From the human T2T-CHM13v2.0 reference genome, Homo sapiens: a stretch of DNA of 64,000 nucleotides. Location: NCBI RefSeq assembly GCF_009914755.1, contig NC_060932.1. One strand, given 5' to 3'. The stretch's first letter is position 1. The number at the start of each line of letters is the position of its first letter. Positions 39,885 through 52,900 of the stretch are shown here, one piece after another. The position numbers were made by a program, and so were the translations under genes. The notes beneath the pieces were generated by a model, which worked only from the letters and a program-made list of their open reading frames with translations, was not told the DNA's origin and did not search any database.

Positions 39885-41830
39885 AATGAGATGGATCTGC
39901 CCCCTTTTAGTGCCCTCAAGGTGAAGGTGAGAGACGGTCCCTGCTGTGCAGGAGGTTGGTTTAGGGATGGAGGACTTGGCAGGTCCTCCCAGACTGTCAG
40001 GCTTGGGCAGCACTATCCAATTTCAGGACTCAGAAAGTCCAGCCCTGAGACGGGACTGTGCTGCCCAGGGTGGGTGGCCAGGGCCTGACAGCAGTACCCC
40101 AGGGAGTGACCACATCACCCGGCTGGGGTCCAGGGAGCCTGGGCTGAGACCTGCCCAGTGTGCTGAGGGTGCACCTGGAGCCCACCCCACCTGACACTCC
40201 CACATCCTCACAGGTTCTTCTCTCCTAGCATGCACTTGCCTTTCCCTGCTCCTCAGCAGCCCACTCTGCCTCTTCCCTGACTTCCTCCATGGTGTCCAGC
40301 AGGATGGGCTGGACAGGGGGGCAGCCTGTGTGCACATTTTGTGGAAGTGGGACTAACACACACTCCCTGGGAGGCACCATGGTTCCTGCCAAATCCAACC
40401 CCAGAACTCTGTCCCTGAGGTGGTTTTACTAAACCCTAAACTCAGAACTGTGGCTGTGGCTCAGGGGTCAGCACCTGCTAGTGCCAAGACACTACTGGGA
40501 GTGTGGGACCTTAGCAAACCCCATGGTGTCTGGCCTGAGGACAGGGTGTCTTGGGGCTGAGACAAACACTGGGGCTGAGACCGTCTGACCCAACTGGCCA
40601 CCAATGGCCATTGGGTCAGATGATCTCAGCCCCAGTGTTTGTCCTTCCCTGGCTCCTTCTGGTTCAGTCCCATCAAGGCCCTGGAGCCCAAATCCCATCA
40701 TCAAACATCCCCTCCAGGAATCCTGGCCACTCAATTCACTTTATCGTGTTTCATCGTAGAGCAAAAATGACAGAACAGATGCATAGAAAAATGGCTTCAG
40801 TTGCTTAATGACTAGAAGAAATCTGGGAGAAGCAAGAAGGTAATGTGGAGAGGGAGAGACCTCCATGATCACTCTCTGCAGAGCCAGGGGCACAGGCACC
40901 CAGTGCAGAGGCCTGATGCCACCTGCCTCTCAGAGGGTGTGTGGCACACTGTCATTACCCGGAAGACATCAGGTCTGGTCACCAGCTTTTCTGCCTGTCC
41001 TGTAAGCATCAAGTTTTGGAAGAGAATCTCATGCCAGGGCCTGGAACACACCTGGCTCAGGGGTTAGGGGTTGCCCCTTGGTAATCTAAATGAAAAAAAT
41101 AGGTCCAGATCAGAGTTCCTAATGCGGAGCACTCATCCACTCTTTGAATTGTAAAAGGGGAGGCCTGGTCCTAGGTATACCTAAGATCTTTGAGGAACTG
41201 AAGATCCCAAGATTCTGGAAAATTCCAGAGTCCTCAGGCCCTAATCCTCCCTGTCCTCCTGTGGCCTGTCCCATCAGCACACTCTTCTATCTGTAGATGT
41301 TTTGGCTGCTCTGTAAGGGAGTCCCCCTGCAGGTTTGGGGCTGGGCATGGTCACCCCTGCTGCATGTCGAGAAGGTGAAAGCCAAGAACACAGGGTACAG
41401 TGTTTCCACGCTCATCCAGAGCAGGACAAACAGGCCAGGTTGTGTCAGGAGCCCAAGTATCCAGTTGGTGCAAATGTCAAACCTGCTGTGGAAGGAGGGG
41501 TCCATTGCCCATCCTAGGTACAGATGGTAATGTAGCGCAGGTAAGCTGGGCTTGGTAGCCCTCCCTAGCTTTGGAAATAAGCCAAACAAGGAGCTTTCTG
41601 GAGAATGAAATCTCTTTTCCTTCCAGAAGCACTCCTGAATTTTTGGTGATTGCCATTTGTGGCAGTGAGTTTTTGTCTGTTCTGGGGCTGGGCTGGTTTC
41701 TCTGATTGGCCCTGCCCTACAGAGCATAAAGGAAAAGTGCAAGAGGTCCCCAGCAAAAATGTGCAGATAGCCCTGGACATAAGCCACATTCTGAGAAACA
41801 TGTCATGTTCTGAGAAGGCTAAGGCATCAA
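39885..41830 (+). pseudogene. TBC1D26/TBC1D3/USP6NL-like Rab-GAP exons (unprocessed fragment)
   Basis: Exons 39885-39926 (EMDLPPFSALKVK), 40762-40839 (EKWLQLLND*KKSGRSKK), 41297-~41394 (CKGVPLQVWGWAWSPLLHVEKVKAKN) and 41723-41830 (QIALDISHIL/HVMF*EG*GIK), with AG/GT borders, stops and frameshifts. Confidence 0.82.
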
Positions 41831-42187
41831 GTAAATCATATGGGACTGGAGGATCCCAGGGTAGGTGGGGCAGTTCAGAGCAGTGCGGGCTTCCCTGGGA
41901 ATTGGGAGAGGCAGGGGTTCCAGAGGAGGGAATCACAGGGCCACCAAGGGCTCTCTTGGCCCTGGGAGAAGTCAACATAATGGATTGAACACCTGCTGGG
42001 CTTCAAGCCCTGGGCCAGGCTGGGGCATGTGGAGCTAGGAGGCAGCTCAAATTGGGAGGCAGAGAGAGAAGTGTGCTGAGACGGCGCCGTTTCTGGGTGT
42101 AATATGGTCCTGAGATTCTGTATGGGAAGTGCTTCCAGGGTTTCATATGTTATGGGGTTGCTTCCTCTCCCCAGCCTCACCCTGCAG

Positions 42188-43170
42188 GAATCCCAGTGAC
42201 TATATCGCCACCATCTTGGAGCTCAGTGCCCTCATAATGTAACGGCAACAGCAGATCTTCCTGCACAGGGACTTTCTGTACTACGTCACTGCTGAGGGGT
42301 GGTGCTTCTGCAGGGCCTGTGTTGTGGTGCACAACTTCAGACACCATCATCCTGGAGCAGCACTGCACCCTCACTAGCCAGGGAGTTAATAACTTCCTGA
42401 AGGTCACAGCCACATTCAAGACTTTGGACTTCATTGATGTGCTTGTGCTGGACAAGGTGGGCTTCTCTGGGATCTTAATTCAGGAGGTAGGATAGAGCTT
42501 GACATAAAATTCAGATAAAAGAACTTGACCTTCATCTGGAGGGCTCTGGGGAGCCATGGAAGTTGCTGGAAGAAAGGTGGGAAAACTCAGATAAGCTTCA
42601 GTGATGCCTGTAGAAGGCTGTCTGGAAGGAATAAACAAGAGGCAGGAAACCAGGGAGGGAGCTTGTGGGGCAGATCTTGAGATAGCAAGGGAGGGTTCCT
42701 GCTTGGATGATAGTTCTTCAGGGGCTGTCTCTGTCTTCAGGTGTCTTCAGAGCTAGTGTGTTCATTGGTCTTGTCTCCAGGTGAAATTGGGAAGTTGTCA
42801 GATAAGCACATAAAAGTGGAAGCTGACATCTTCATGAGTGCTGGTGGGGGTCCTGGTGTGGGACTACTGTGGGAACAGGGATCTCTCAATCCCAGGGATG
42901 TGGTGGATGGGCCCTGGATTACTCCATCCTCTATGCTTCCTTTCCCCTCCTCCCATTCTCCCGACGGCCTCAGTGCAAAGGCACTGTTCATCCTCTGGTG
43001 CTGAAGCAGCCTAGAGTCTCAAGCCTGCTGGCGGCCTCGCAGGATATGACAGCACAGCCAGTGGCCTCTTCTGGGTCCTGTACATCTTCACAAGACAAGT
43101 AGACATCAGGAGTGCTGCCAGCACTTGGTGCAGGAGTTCTGAGGGACCACAGTCCTGAAGACATTGAATG
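42188..43170 (+). pseudogene. CYP4F three-exon pseudogene fragment
   Basis: Exons 42188-42456 (PSDYIATILELSAL...KTLDFIDVLVLDK), 42781-42843 (KLSDKHIKVEADIFMS) and 43043-43170 (GYDSTASGLFWVLY...PEDIEW) match the CYP4F F-to-I helix exons; stop and frameshifts present; no heme-binding exon found. Confidence 0.92.
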
Positions 43171-43369
43171 GTGGGTGCAGGGCCTTATGTCCTGTTTCCC
43201 ACCCCTTCTCATTGGTTCTGCTCCAGGTGGGGAAGGGGGAAAAAGTTTTTGCCAATTCTACCATTATTGCCTTGCAGAAAAAGGAGCAGAGGCCAGAAGC
43301 AGGGACTGGTACCCACCCGGGCTAATAAGGGAGAATTTGTAGGCTTTGTGGAAAGATCTGGGAGTCCAT

Positions 43370-43535
43370 ATCTGTTGTCCCACTAACTTGCTACGAGACA
43401 TTAGTAAAATCAGTTTTTTTTATGAACTACATTTCTGCCATCTGTAAATTGGGGCGAGATTTTTCTACCCCATGGGGTTGCTTGGATAATTGGTGATGGT
43501 GTGTGTAGAGCAGGTGCCACCTGGCAGGCATTCGG
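43370..43535 (+). mobile_element. MIR fragment
   Basis: cactaacttgct...catctgtaaattgggg MIR core; very diverged. Confidence 0.55.
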
Positions 43536-45556
43536 TGTCCAGCCACTGCTCTTCCCCCTTGCTCTTCTGCCTAAGTTTGCATTTTCTTCTCAAGACCTTC
43601 ACTCTCCCTAATTTTTCTCTTACCTCTGATTCCCACCTTATAGTCTATTCCATGGATTCACCAGGATCTAAGTAGGTGACAGTAATGTATGCATGTATGC
43701 GTATATAGGGATGTACACCCTCACACACCACACCTCAACATAGTAGGTGCTCAGTGAACATCACACTGCAGAAGCAGTGCTGGTAGATCTAGAGTTTCAC
43801 CTCAACTTGCAGTTGAAAAATCTGAGTATCTGAAAGGGCAAATGGAAGGGTGAAGTCATGGTGGCCCAGTGCCCTTCCTATTTGACCTGGAACAGGTGTC
43901 TCAGGATGTTTGGACACCACATTTTCAATTTTGGGCTGGCTGCTTGGTCGGGAGGAGGTGGACAAGAATTAGAGGCTCTTCCCACACCCTCCAAGCCTTC
44001 CCCAGGGTACAAGAACAGACCAGGGCAAAGAAGTCCTGGAGCAGGGGAGAGACCTTTCCATAGCAGAAGCCATTTCTGACTCAGTCTCTCCCAGCCTTTT
44101 CCATTCTGCCTCTTCCCCTTGTTGTCCCTGGGTCTTCTATCTGCTCTCAGTCCATTTGCCCATCCCTGAGTTCTTCCTGCCCTGCCCCAGCACCTTCTCC
44201 TCTGCCCCTCTCCACCAGCCCTGCAGATCCCTGGGTCCTTTCTTGAGCCTCAGGAACTCACCTTCCATCTCATCTTCCCTGAAGAATGTCACTGCTGAGC
44301 CTGTCCTGGCTGGGTCTCAGGTGAGTGGCAGCATCCCCTTGACTGCTCCTGCTGGCTCCTGGTCTGGACCTACACTTTCTATGACAACTGCTGGTATCTC
44401 TAGTGTTTTCTGTAGCCTCTGATTTGGAACTGGTTTGGAGGTCACCTGGGCCTGGTGACTGTAGCAGCAGGCTGGCTCTAAGGTCTCAGAGTAGATCGAC
44501 TTCCTGAGGGGCCAGGAGTGGAGCTCTGGGAGTTGGGGTGAGGGCATGGGCTGGCATCTGGGATGGCAGAGAAGTGAGGAAGGTGGCTTATTCATTCCTC
44601 TGCTGTGCCACTCAACACCTTTGTCACCTCCTTGTTCTCTCATCCTGGCCCATATCACTCCCTTCCTGCCCATGTTCCTCACATTCTTGTACCCCTGAGG
44701 GGCTCCATGGTTCTGCATAGAGCATGGAACCCCTGGCGTTTCTACATTGATCACTACTGGACTTGAAGCCTCCTGAGGGGCATGGTCCAGTGCCTTGGCC
44801 CATTTTCTGTTATGGGACACATGGGCTGGAAGAGCAGTGTGTGTGTTCTCCACCCTCCCTCCCAGAGCATCAAGCTCTTATCTTGCCTCTGCTCACTAAG
44901 ATGTCCCCGTGTGTCCTGTTGCAGAGGCTGAACGAAAGCTGGCCACTCTCTTCCCCTTTCAGAGCCTTCTTTGGTCTTCCTTCCCTCCTCAGACCTCTGA
45001 GTCACATCTGCTCTCCCATTTTGGGGGTGTGGCCTCAGCCCATTTGTAAATGGTAGGATTGATGGGCATGCCAGTTGCAGTGGGAGGGTGCACAGCACGC
45101 ACTAGTGCAGAGCCTGGCATGCAGAAACTGCTCCCAGGTGGGAGCTGCCATCCTGAGGGACAGTTACAATCAACTTGTCTCCACTGGAGGCTGCTGAGAA
45201 GGGAAGGTCCCTGGTGTATAGACCCTGCTCCCTGAGGAATCAGAGCTCATGGACACCCACAAAAACATGAAAGGATGTGGGTTCACATCCTGAGGCCACA
45301 CTGCTTACCACAGTCTCATATGGCTGTCCCTGGGTTGAAACCAACCCCAGGATAAGAAAATCTTTTCCTGTAGCCAAGGTGTGTCTCCCTGTTGGAAGAG
45401 TCTTCTCTCCCTGCTCTTGGCTGTACCCTTAGGTATTGGAGGTGTCCCTGAGAGAAAAGAAGTAGGAGGAAGCAGAGATTCCCTGGATTTCTACACAATC
45501 CAGACCTGCTGTTCATTCGGAGTCTGGTCCTTCCACAGAGGCTGCAGAGGGAACCT

Positions 45557-46130
45557 GTGCATTACTCATGGTTTTCCTTAATCCAGAATCAATAGGATAT
45601 ATTTATATCTACTACCTATCTATCATTTGTCAACTATCCATCCATCTCTATACCTATCTACCTATCTATCTGTATCCATCTATGGAGAGACAAAAAAAAA
45701 GAAGAGAGAAAAAAGAATTGACTGTGGAAATGGGCTCATGTGATCATGGAAGTAGAGAAGTCCCACGATATACCATCTGTGGGCTGCAGGACCGGGGATG
45801 TTGGGGGTGTAATTCAGTCTGAATCCAGGGGCCTGAGAACCTGGACTTTTGATGTCCAAAGGCAGAAGATGGATGCCCGAAGGCAGAAGATGGATGCCCC
45901 AGCTCCAGAAGAGAGTGAGTTCTCCCTTCCTTCAACTTTTTGTTATATTCAGCTTCTCAGTGGATTGGATGATATGCGCCCACATTGGGGAGGGCAAATC
46001 TTCCTTAGTTTACTAATTTAAATGTGAAGCTTTTCTGAAACACCATCCTAGACACACCCAAAGATTGTGTTTGACCAGTGATGTGGGTATCCCTCAGCCC
46101 AGGCAAGTTGACACCTGAAATTAACCCTCA
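45557..46130 (-). mobile_element. MLT2-like ERVL solo LTR with (TATC)n microsatellite
   Basis: ggctcatgtgatcatgga...aagtcccacgat and the terminal caagttgacacctgaaattaaccctcaca. Confidence 0.75.
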
Positions 46131-46989
46131 CAGAATGTGACTGTCCCTGCTTTGCATGCAGGTCACCCCCACAGAGCAAGGCTTGAGGATTCTGACTCAG
46201 CTGGTGGCCACCTTCACATGAGGCTTTATGAGGTGGACAGGTCTCATCTTTCCTATCATCAGTTTGTGCCCCGACATTGGCCATCAATGCTACAGGTGCC
46301 CATGCAGAGCTTGTGGTGGTGGGCACCATGGCACATAAGAGGGCTTCTAGTTCTTTCAATCCCAAGCTTTTATGAGGCCCCTGCAGTGCCCCACCCCTCC
46401 TTTCCTCTCCTCTCTCAGCTTTCTTCCTCTTTCCTGTGTATTCGGCAACCTCCAACTCCATGGCTCCCCCATCCACTGCTATCATCCCCTGCCCTCGTGT
46501 TCTGGGTACTGCTGGGTCCTAAGTGGCCTGAATCCAAGGCCCCATCCTGGAGGAACTCCTAAGTCTGAGAAGGTGAAGCTGGACAAAGACATCTCCAATT
46601 TCACGGGGGTCAGAAATGGAGCTAAGGGAGATGGGCTCTGAGAACCAGAGGAGAATAAGGTCTCTGTGGGGGCAGGCTGGAAGGCTTTTTGGAGGAACGG
46701 TTGCTGGAGCAGGGCCTGGAATGATGACTAGGAATTGTTAAATCAGAAGGCAGGGTGATTCCACGGGCATCATTAGTGTCCCAGGCCCCCTGCCAGGACT
46801 AACATTGGCATTTCCAGTCCCCACACCCAGAACAGTAGAAGGACTTGTGGCTGCTGGAGGATCTGGGTTGCTGTTTACATAGCATCCAGGTCTGGTGGGT
46901 CAGTTTCTTCTACCCCTACCTGTGAACCTTGGTCTCCTGCCACAGGCACCAGGAATCTTTAATAGGAGACCCCTTCCCAGCCTGCTACA

Positions 46990-49900
46990 CTTCCCTGGGA
47001 GCTAGGGACTGTACAGCCACACCGGGCCCAGCGCAGGGCCTGTTGGGAAGGCACTGGCCTCCAGGGTATGACCCCGGCCTCCTATTTAGCAACACTGCTT
47101 TTTTCCTCCGGCCTGCCTCAATGTCCCAGTGAAAGCCTGCAAGCCTGGCGTCCTGTCCCTGTCACCCGGGGAGGCTTCTTGCCACTTTGGGGTGCTCCCC
47201 ATGGGCGAGACACGCACCCTGGGGTGGCAGCCAGGGACTCCATGGCCCCCCCGGGTCTGGCCCAAGGCCTGCTGGGAAGGCACTGGCCCCCGGGGGAGGA
47301 CAGCAGCCTCTGCTTCGCTTTGCTGCCTTTTTACCTTGGCCTCCCTCAATGTCCCCCTGAAAGCCTGCAAGACTGGCATCCTGTTTCCGTCACATGGGGG
47401 AACTTCTTGTCGCTTTGGGATGCCCCCACATCGGAGTGACATGCACCCTGGGGTGAAAGCAAAAGACTCCACGGCGCCCCGCCCTCAGGTCTGGCGCATG
47501 GCGTGCAAGGAAGGCAGTGGTGTCCGGGGTAGGACCCCAGCCTCCTATTTGGTCTCGCCGCTCTTTTTTTCCATGTCCTGCCTCAACGTCCTCCTGAAAG
47601 CCTGCAAGCCTGATGTCCTGTCCCTGTCACCCAGGGGGAATCCTTGCTCTTTGGGATACCCCCATGGCAGAGACACGCACCCTGGGGTGGGAACCAAGGA
47701 CTCCATGGCCACCCCGGGTCCAGCGCAGGGCCTGCCGGGAAGGCACTGGCCTCCGGGGGAAGACCCCAGCCTCTTCGAACTCGCTGCTTTTTTCCCCTGG
47801 CCTGCCTTTATGTCCCCCTGCAAGCCTGGCGTACTGACCCCATCACCCGGGGGGACTTATTGCCTCTTTGGGGTGCTCTCCACGCACCCTTGGGTGGGAA
47901 CTAGAGACTCCATGGCCTTCTCTGATCCCGCGCAGGGCGTGCCAGGAAGGCACTGGCCTCTGGAGGATGACCCCAGCCTCCTCTTCAGCCTCACCCCTTT
48001 TTTTCCCTGGCCTGCCTCAACGTTCCCCTGAAAGCCTGCAAGCCTGGCATCCTGTCCCCATCACCTGCGGGGAAGCATTGGGGTGTTCCCCACCTACCGT
48101 GGGGTGGGAGCCAGGGACTTCACAGCTCCCCCACCCCCCTGTCTGGCGCAGCACCTGCTGGGAAGGCAATGGCCTGCGGGGGAGGAATCCAGCCTCCTAT
48201 TCCGCCTCGCCGCTTTTTTTTCCCAGCCGGCCTCAATGTCCCTCTGAAAGTCTGCAAACTTGGCGTCCTGTCCCCATCACCCGGGGGGACTCCTTGCTGC
48301 TTTGGGGTGCACCCCACCCACCCTGATGTGGGAGACAGGGACTCCACGGCCCCCCTGGGCCCGGCGCAGGGCCTGCCGGGAAGGCACTGGCCTCCGGGAG
48401 AGGACCCCAGCCTCCTTTTCGGCCTTGCAGGTTTTTTGCCCTGGCCTGCCTCAGTGTCCAACTGAAAGACTGGCGTCCTCTCCCCGTCACACGAGGGGCT
48501 TCTTACCACTTTGGGGTGCCCCCCACGCACCCTGGCATGGAAGCCAGGGACTCCACGACCCCCCGGGTCCGACGCAGGGCTTGCGGGGAAGGCCCTGGCC
48601 TCCGGGGATGGACTCCAGCCTCCTCCTCAGATTCGCTTCTTTTTTTCCCCGCCCTGCCTCAACGTTTCCCTGAAAGCCTGCAAGCCTGGCGTCGTGCAAT
48701 GTCACCCGGGAGGACTTCTTGCCACTTTCGGGTACCACCTGTGGGAAAAACAGGTACCCTGGGGTGGAAGCCAGGGCCTCTACACACCACTCTGCCAAGA
48801 TCTGGCGCAGGGCCTGACGGGAAGGCACTGGCCTCCGAGGGACCACCCCAGCCTCCTCTTCGGCCTCTCCGCCTTTTTTCCCCAGCCTGCCTCAATGTCC
48901 TTCTGAAAGCATGTAAGCCTGGCATCCTGTCTCCGTCACCCGGGGCGACTTCATGCCGTTTTGGGGTGCCCCCCACGCACCCTGGGGTGGGAGCCAGGGA
49001 CTCCATTGCTTCCAGGGTCTGCCAGGAAGGCTCTGGCCTTTGGGGGAGGACCCCAGCTTCCTCTTCAGCCTCGTCGATTTTTTCCTCGGCCTGCCTCAAC
49101 GTTCCCCTGAAAGCCTGCAAGACTGGCGTCCTGCCCCCATCACTCGGAGAAATTTCTTGCTGCTTTGGGTGCCCCCCCGTAGGAGAGACACCCACCCTGG
49201 TGTGGGTGCCAGGGAGTCCACGGCCCCCCACGGGTCCAGCGCAGAATCTGATGGGAAGGCACTGGCCTTCAGGAGACGACCTCAGCCTCCTCTTCGGCCT
49301 TGCTACTTTTTATCCATGGCTTGCCTCAACGTCCCCCTGAAAGCCTGCAAGCCTGGCGTCCTGTCCCCGTCACCCAGGGGGATTTCTTGCCGCTTTGGGG
49401 TGCTCCCGTGGGAGAGATGTGCACCCTAGGATGGGAGCCAGGAACACCACAACCCCCGCCCCGGTGAACAGGGCAGGACTAGCCGGGACGGCACTGGCCT
49501 CTGGGGGGGACGATCCCAGCCTCCTCTTCAGCCTCGCCACTTTTTTTTTCTGGCCTGCCTCAACGTCCCTCTGCAAGCCTGCAAGACTGACCTCCTGTTG
49601 CTGTCACCTGGGGGGACTTCTTGTCATTTTGGGGTGCCCCTCACACACCCTGAGATGGGAGCCAGGGATTCCACGTCCCCCTTCCCCCACCCGGTCCGGC
49701 GCAGGGCCTGTTGAAAAGGCACTAGCTTCCAGGGGAGGACCCCAGCCTCCTCTATGGCCTCGCTGCTTTTTTTTCTCGGTCGGCCTCAATGTCCCCCTGA
49801 AAACCTGCAAGCCTGGCATCCTGTCCCCGTCACACCGGGAGACTTTTTGCCGCTTTGGGGTGCCCACAACCCACCCTGGCGTCGGAGCCAGGGACTCCAC

Positions 49901-52900
49901 ATTCCCCCCACGAGTCTGGCGCAGGGCCTACCAGGAAGGCACTGGCATCCAGGGGAGGACCGCAGCCTCCTCTTTGGTGGCGCCACTATTTTTCCGCGGC
50001 CTGTGTCAACGTTTTCTTGAAAGCCTGCGAGCCTGGAGTCCAGTCCCCCTCACTTGGGGGTAATTCTTGCCGCCAAGGGGTGCCCCGCTTGGGAGAGACA
50101 CGCACCCTGGGGTGGGAGCCGGAAACTCCACCGATTCCCGGGTCCGACGCAGGGCCTGCCAGGAAGGCACTGGCCTCCAAGGGATGATCCCAGCCTCCTC
50201 TTCGGCCTGCCTTAACGTCCCCCTGAAAGCCTGCAAGCCTGGTGTTCTGTCCCTGTCACACGAGGGGACTTCTTGCCGCTCTGCGGTGCCCCCCAGGCAC
50301 CCTGGGGTGGAAGCTAAGGACTCCAATGTACCCCAGGATCCGGCGTAGGGCCTACCAGGAAGGAAGTGGCCTCCGTGGAAAGACCCTAGCCTCCTCTTCA
50401 GATTCGCTGCTTTTTTCCCCCGGCCTGCCTCAACGTTTCCCTGAAAGCCTGCAAGGCTGACATCCTGCCCCATCACTCTGGGGGACTTCTTGCTGCTTTG
50501 GGGTGCAACGTGTGGCAAAGACAGGTACCCTGGTATGGGAGCCAAGGACTCCGCAGCAACCCCAGATCTAGTGCAGTTCCTGCTGGGAAGGCACTGGCCT
50601 CCGGGGGCACCCCAGCCACCTCTTCAGCCTCACTGCTTTTCTTTCCCGGCCTGCCTCAACGTCCCCCTGCAAGCCTGAAAGCCTGGCGTCCTGTCCCCAT
50701 TACCTGGGGGGATCTTCTTTCCACTTTGGTTGCCCCACACACACCCTGGGTGGGAGCCAGGGACTCCACGGCTCCCCCGGGTATGGCACAGCGCCTGCTG
50801 GGAAGGAAGTTACATCCACGACCCTAGTCTCGTCATCCGTCTCACTGCTTTTTTCCCCAGGTCTGCCTCAACTTCCCTCTGAAAGCCTGCAAGCTTGATG
50901 TCCTGTACCCGTCACCCGGGGAGACTTCTTGCCCATTTTGGGTGCCCCCCATGCAGCCTGAGGTGGGAGTGAGGGACTCCACGGCTCCTCAGGGTCCACG
51001 CAGGGCCTGCTGGGAAGGCACTGGCCTCTAGGGGACGGCCCCAGCCTCCTCTTTGGCCTCACCACTTTCTTTCTCCGGTCTGCCTCAGTGTCCCTCTAAA
51101 AGCCTGCAAGTCTGGCCTCTTATCCCCGTCACCCGGTGACACTTTGTGCCGCTTTTGGGTGCCCACCACGGACCGCGGGGTCAGAGCGAGGAACTCCAAG
51201 GCTCCCCAGAGACCGGCGCAGGGCCAGCTGGGAAGGCACTGGCTTCCGGTGAGCGACCTCAGCTTCCATTTTGGCATCGCCGCTTTTTTCCCCAGGCCTG
51301 CCTCAACGTCCCCCTGAAAGCCGGCAAGCCTGGGGTCCCGTCCCCGTCATTCGGGAAGACTTCTTGCCACTTTGGGGTGCACTTTACGCACCCTGGGGTG
51401 AAAGCCAGAAACTCCACGGCCTTCCCAAGTCTGGGGCAGGGCCTGCTGGGAAGGCACTGGCCTCTAGGGAAAGACTCCAGCCTCCTCTTCGGCTTCTCCA
51501 CTTTTTTTCTCCTGCCTGCCTCAACGTTTCCTTGAAATCATACAAGCCTAGTGTCCTGCCCCGTCACCGGGGGGGACTTCTTGCCGCCTTGGGGTACCAC
51601 CCGTGGGAAAGACACGTATGCTGGAGTGGGAGCCAGGGCCCCCATGGCCCCCATGAATCTGCCGCAGGGCCTGCCACGAAGGCACTGGCCCCTGGAGGAC
51701 AACCCCAGCCTCCTCTTTGGCCTCGCAGTTTTTCTTCCCCGGCCTGCCTCAACATCCTTCTGAAAGCCTGTAAGCTTGGTGTCCTGTCCCCATCATCCAG
51801 GAAGATTTCTTGCCGCTTTTGGGTGCCCCCCACCCACACTGGGGTGGGAGCGAGGGACTCCACGACTCCCCAGGGAATGGCACGGGGCCTGCCAGGAAAG
51901 CACTGGCCTCCGGGGGACAATCCCAGCTTCCTCTTCTGCCTCGTCGCTTTTTTCCCTCGGCTTGCCTCAGCGTCCCCCTGGAAGCCTGGCATCCTGTATT
52001 TGTCACCCTATGGGACTTCTAGCTGCTTTGGGGTACCCTCGTGGGAGAGACTAGCACTCAGGAGTGGGAGCCAAGGAATCCACAGCCCCCCACCCCCCGT
52101 TAAGGTGCAGGGCGTGCCGAAAAGGCACTGGCCTCCGGGGGAGGACTCCAGCCTCCTCTTTGGCCTTGCCGCTTTAATTCCCTAGCCTGCCTCAACGTCC
52201 CCCTGAAAGGTTGCAAGGCTGGCGTCCTGTCCCGGTCAGGCGGGGGGAGTTCTTCCCGCTTTTGGGTGGGCCCCACACACCCTGAGGTAAAAGCCAGAAA
52301 CTCTACAGCCCCCCAGGGTCCCGCACAGGGCCTGGCAATAAGGCACTGGCCTCCGAGGGAGGACCCCAACCTCCTCTTTGGCCTTGCCCCTTGTTTTCCC
52401 TGGCCCGTCTCAATGCTTCCCTGAAAGCTTGCAAGCCTGGAGTCCTGTCCCCATCACCCAGGGGGACTTCTTGCCACTTTGGGTTGCCTTCCACGCACCC
52501 TGGGGTGGGAGCCAGGGACTCCACGCACCCCCCCGCCCCCAGTCCAGCACAGGTCCTACCAGGAAGGCACTGGCATCCAGGGGAGGACCCCAGCCTCCTC
52601 TTCAGTCTCGCCACTATTTTTCCGAGGCCTGCCTCAATGTTTTCCTGCAAGCCTGCAAGCCTGGCGTCCTGTCCCCATCACTCAGGGGGAATTCTTGCCG
52701 CCAAGGGGTGCCCCACGCAGCACAGACACGCATCCTGGGGTGGAAGCCGGAAACGCCACCAATTCCCGGGTGCGGCGCAGGGCCTGCTGGGAAGGCACTG
52801 GCCTACGGGAGATGAACCCAGCCTCCTCTTTGGCCTCGCTACTTTGTTTCCCGGCCTGCCTTAACGTCCCCTTGAAAGCCTGCAAGCCTGGCATCCTGTC

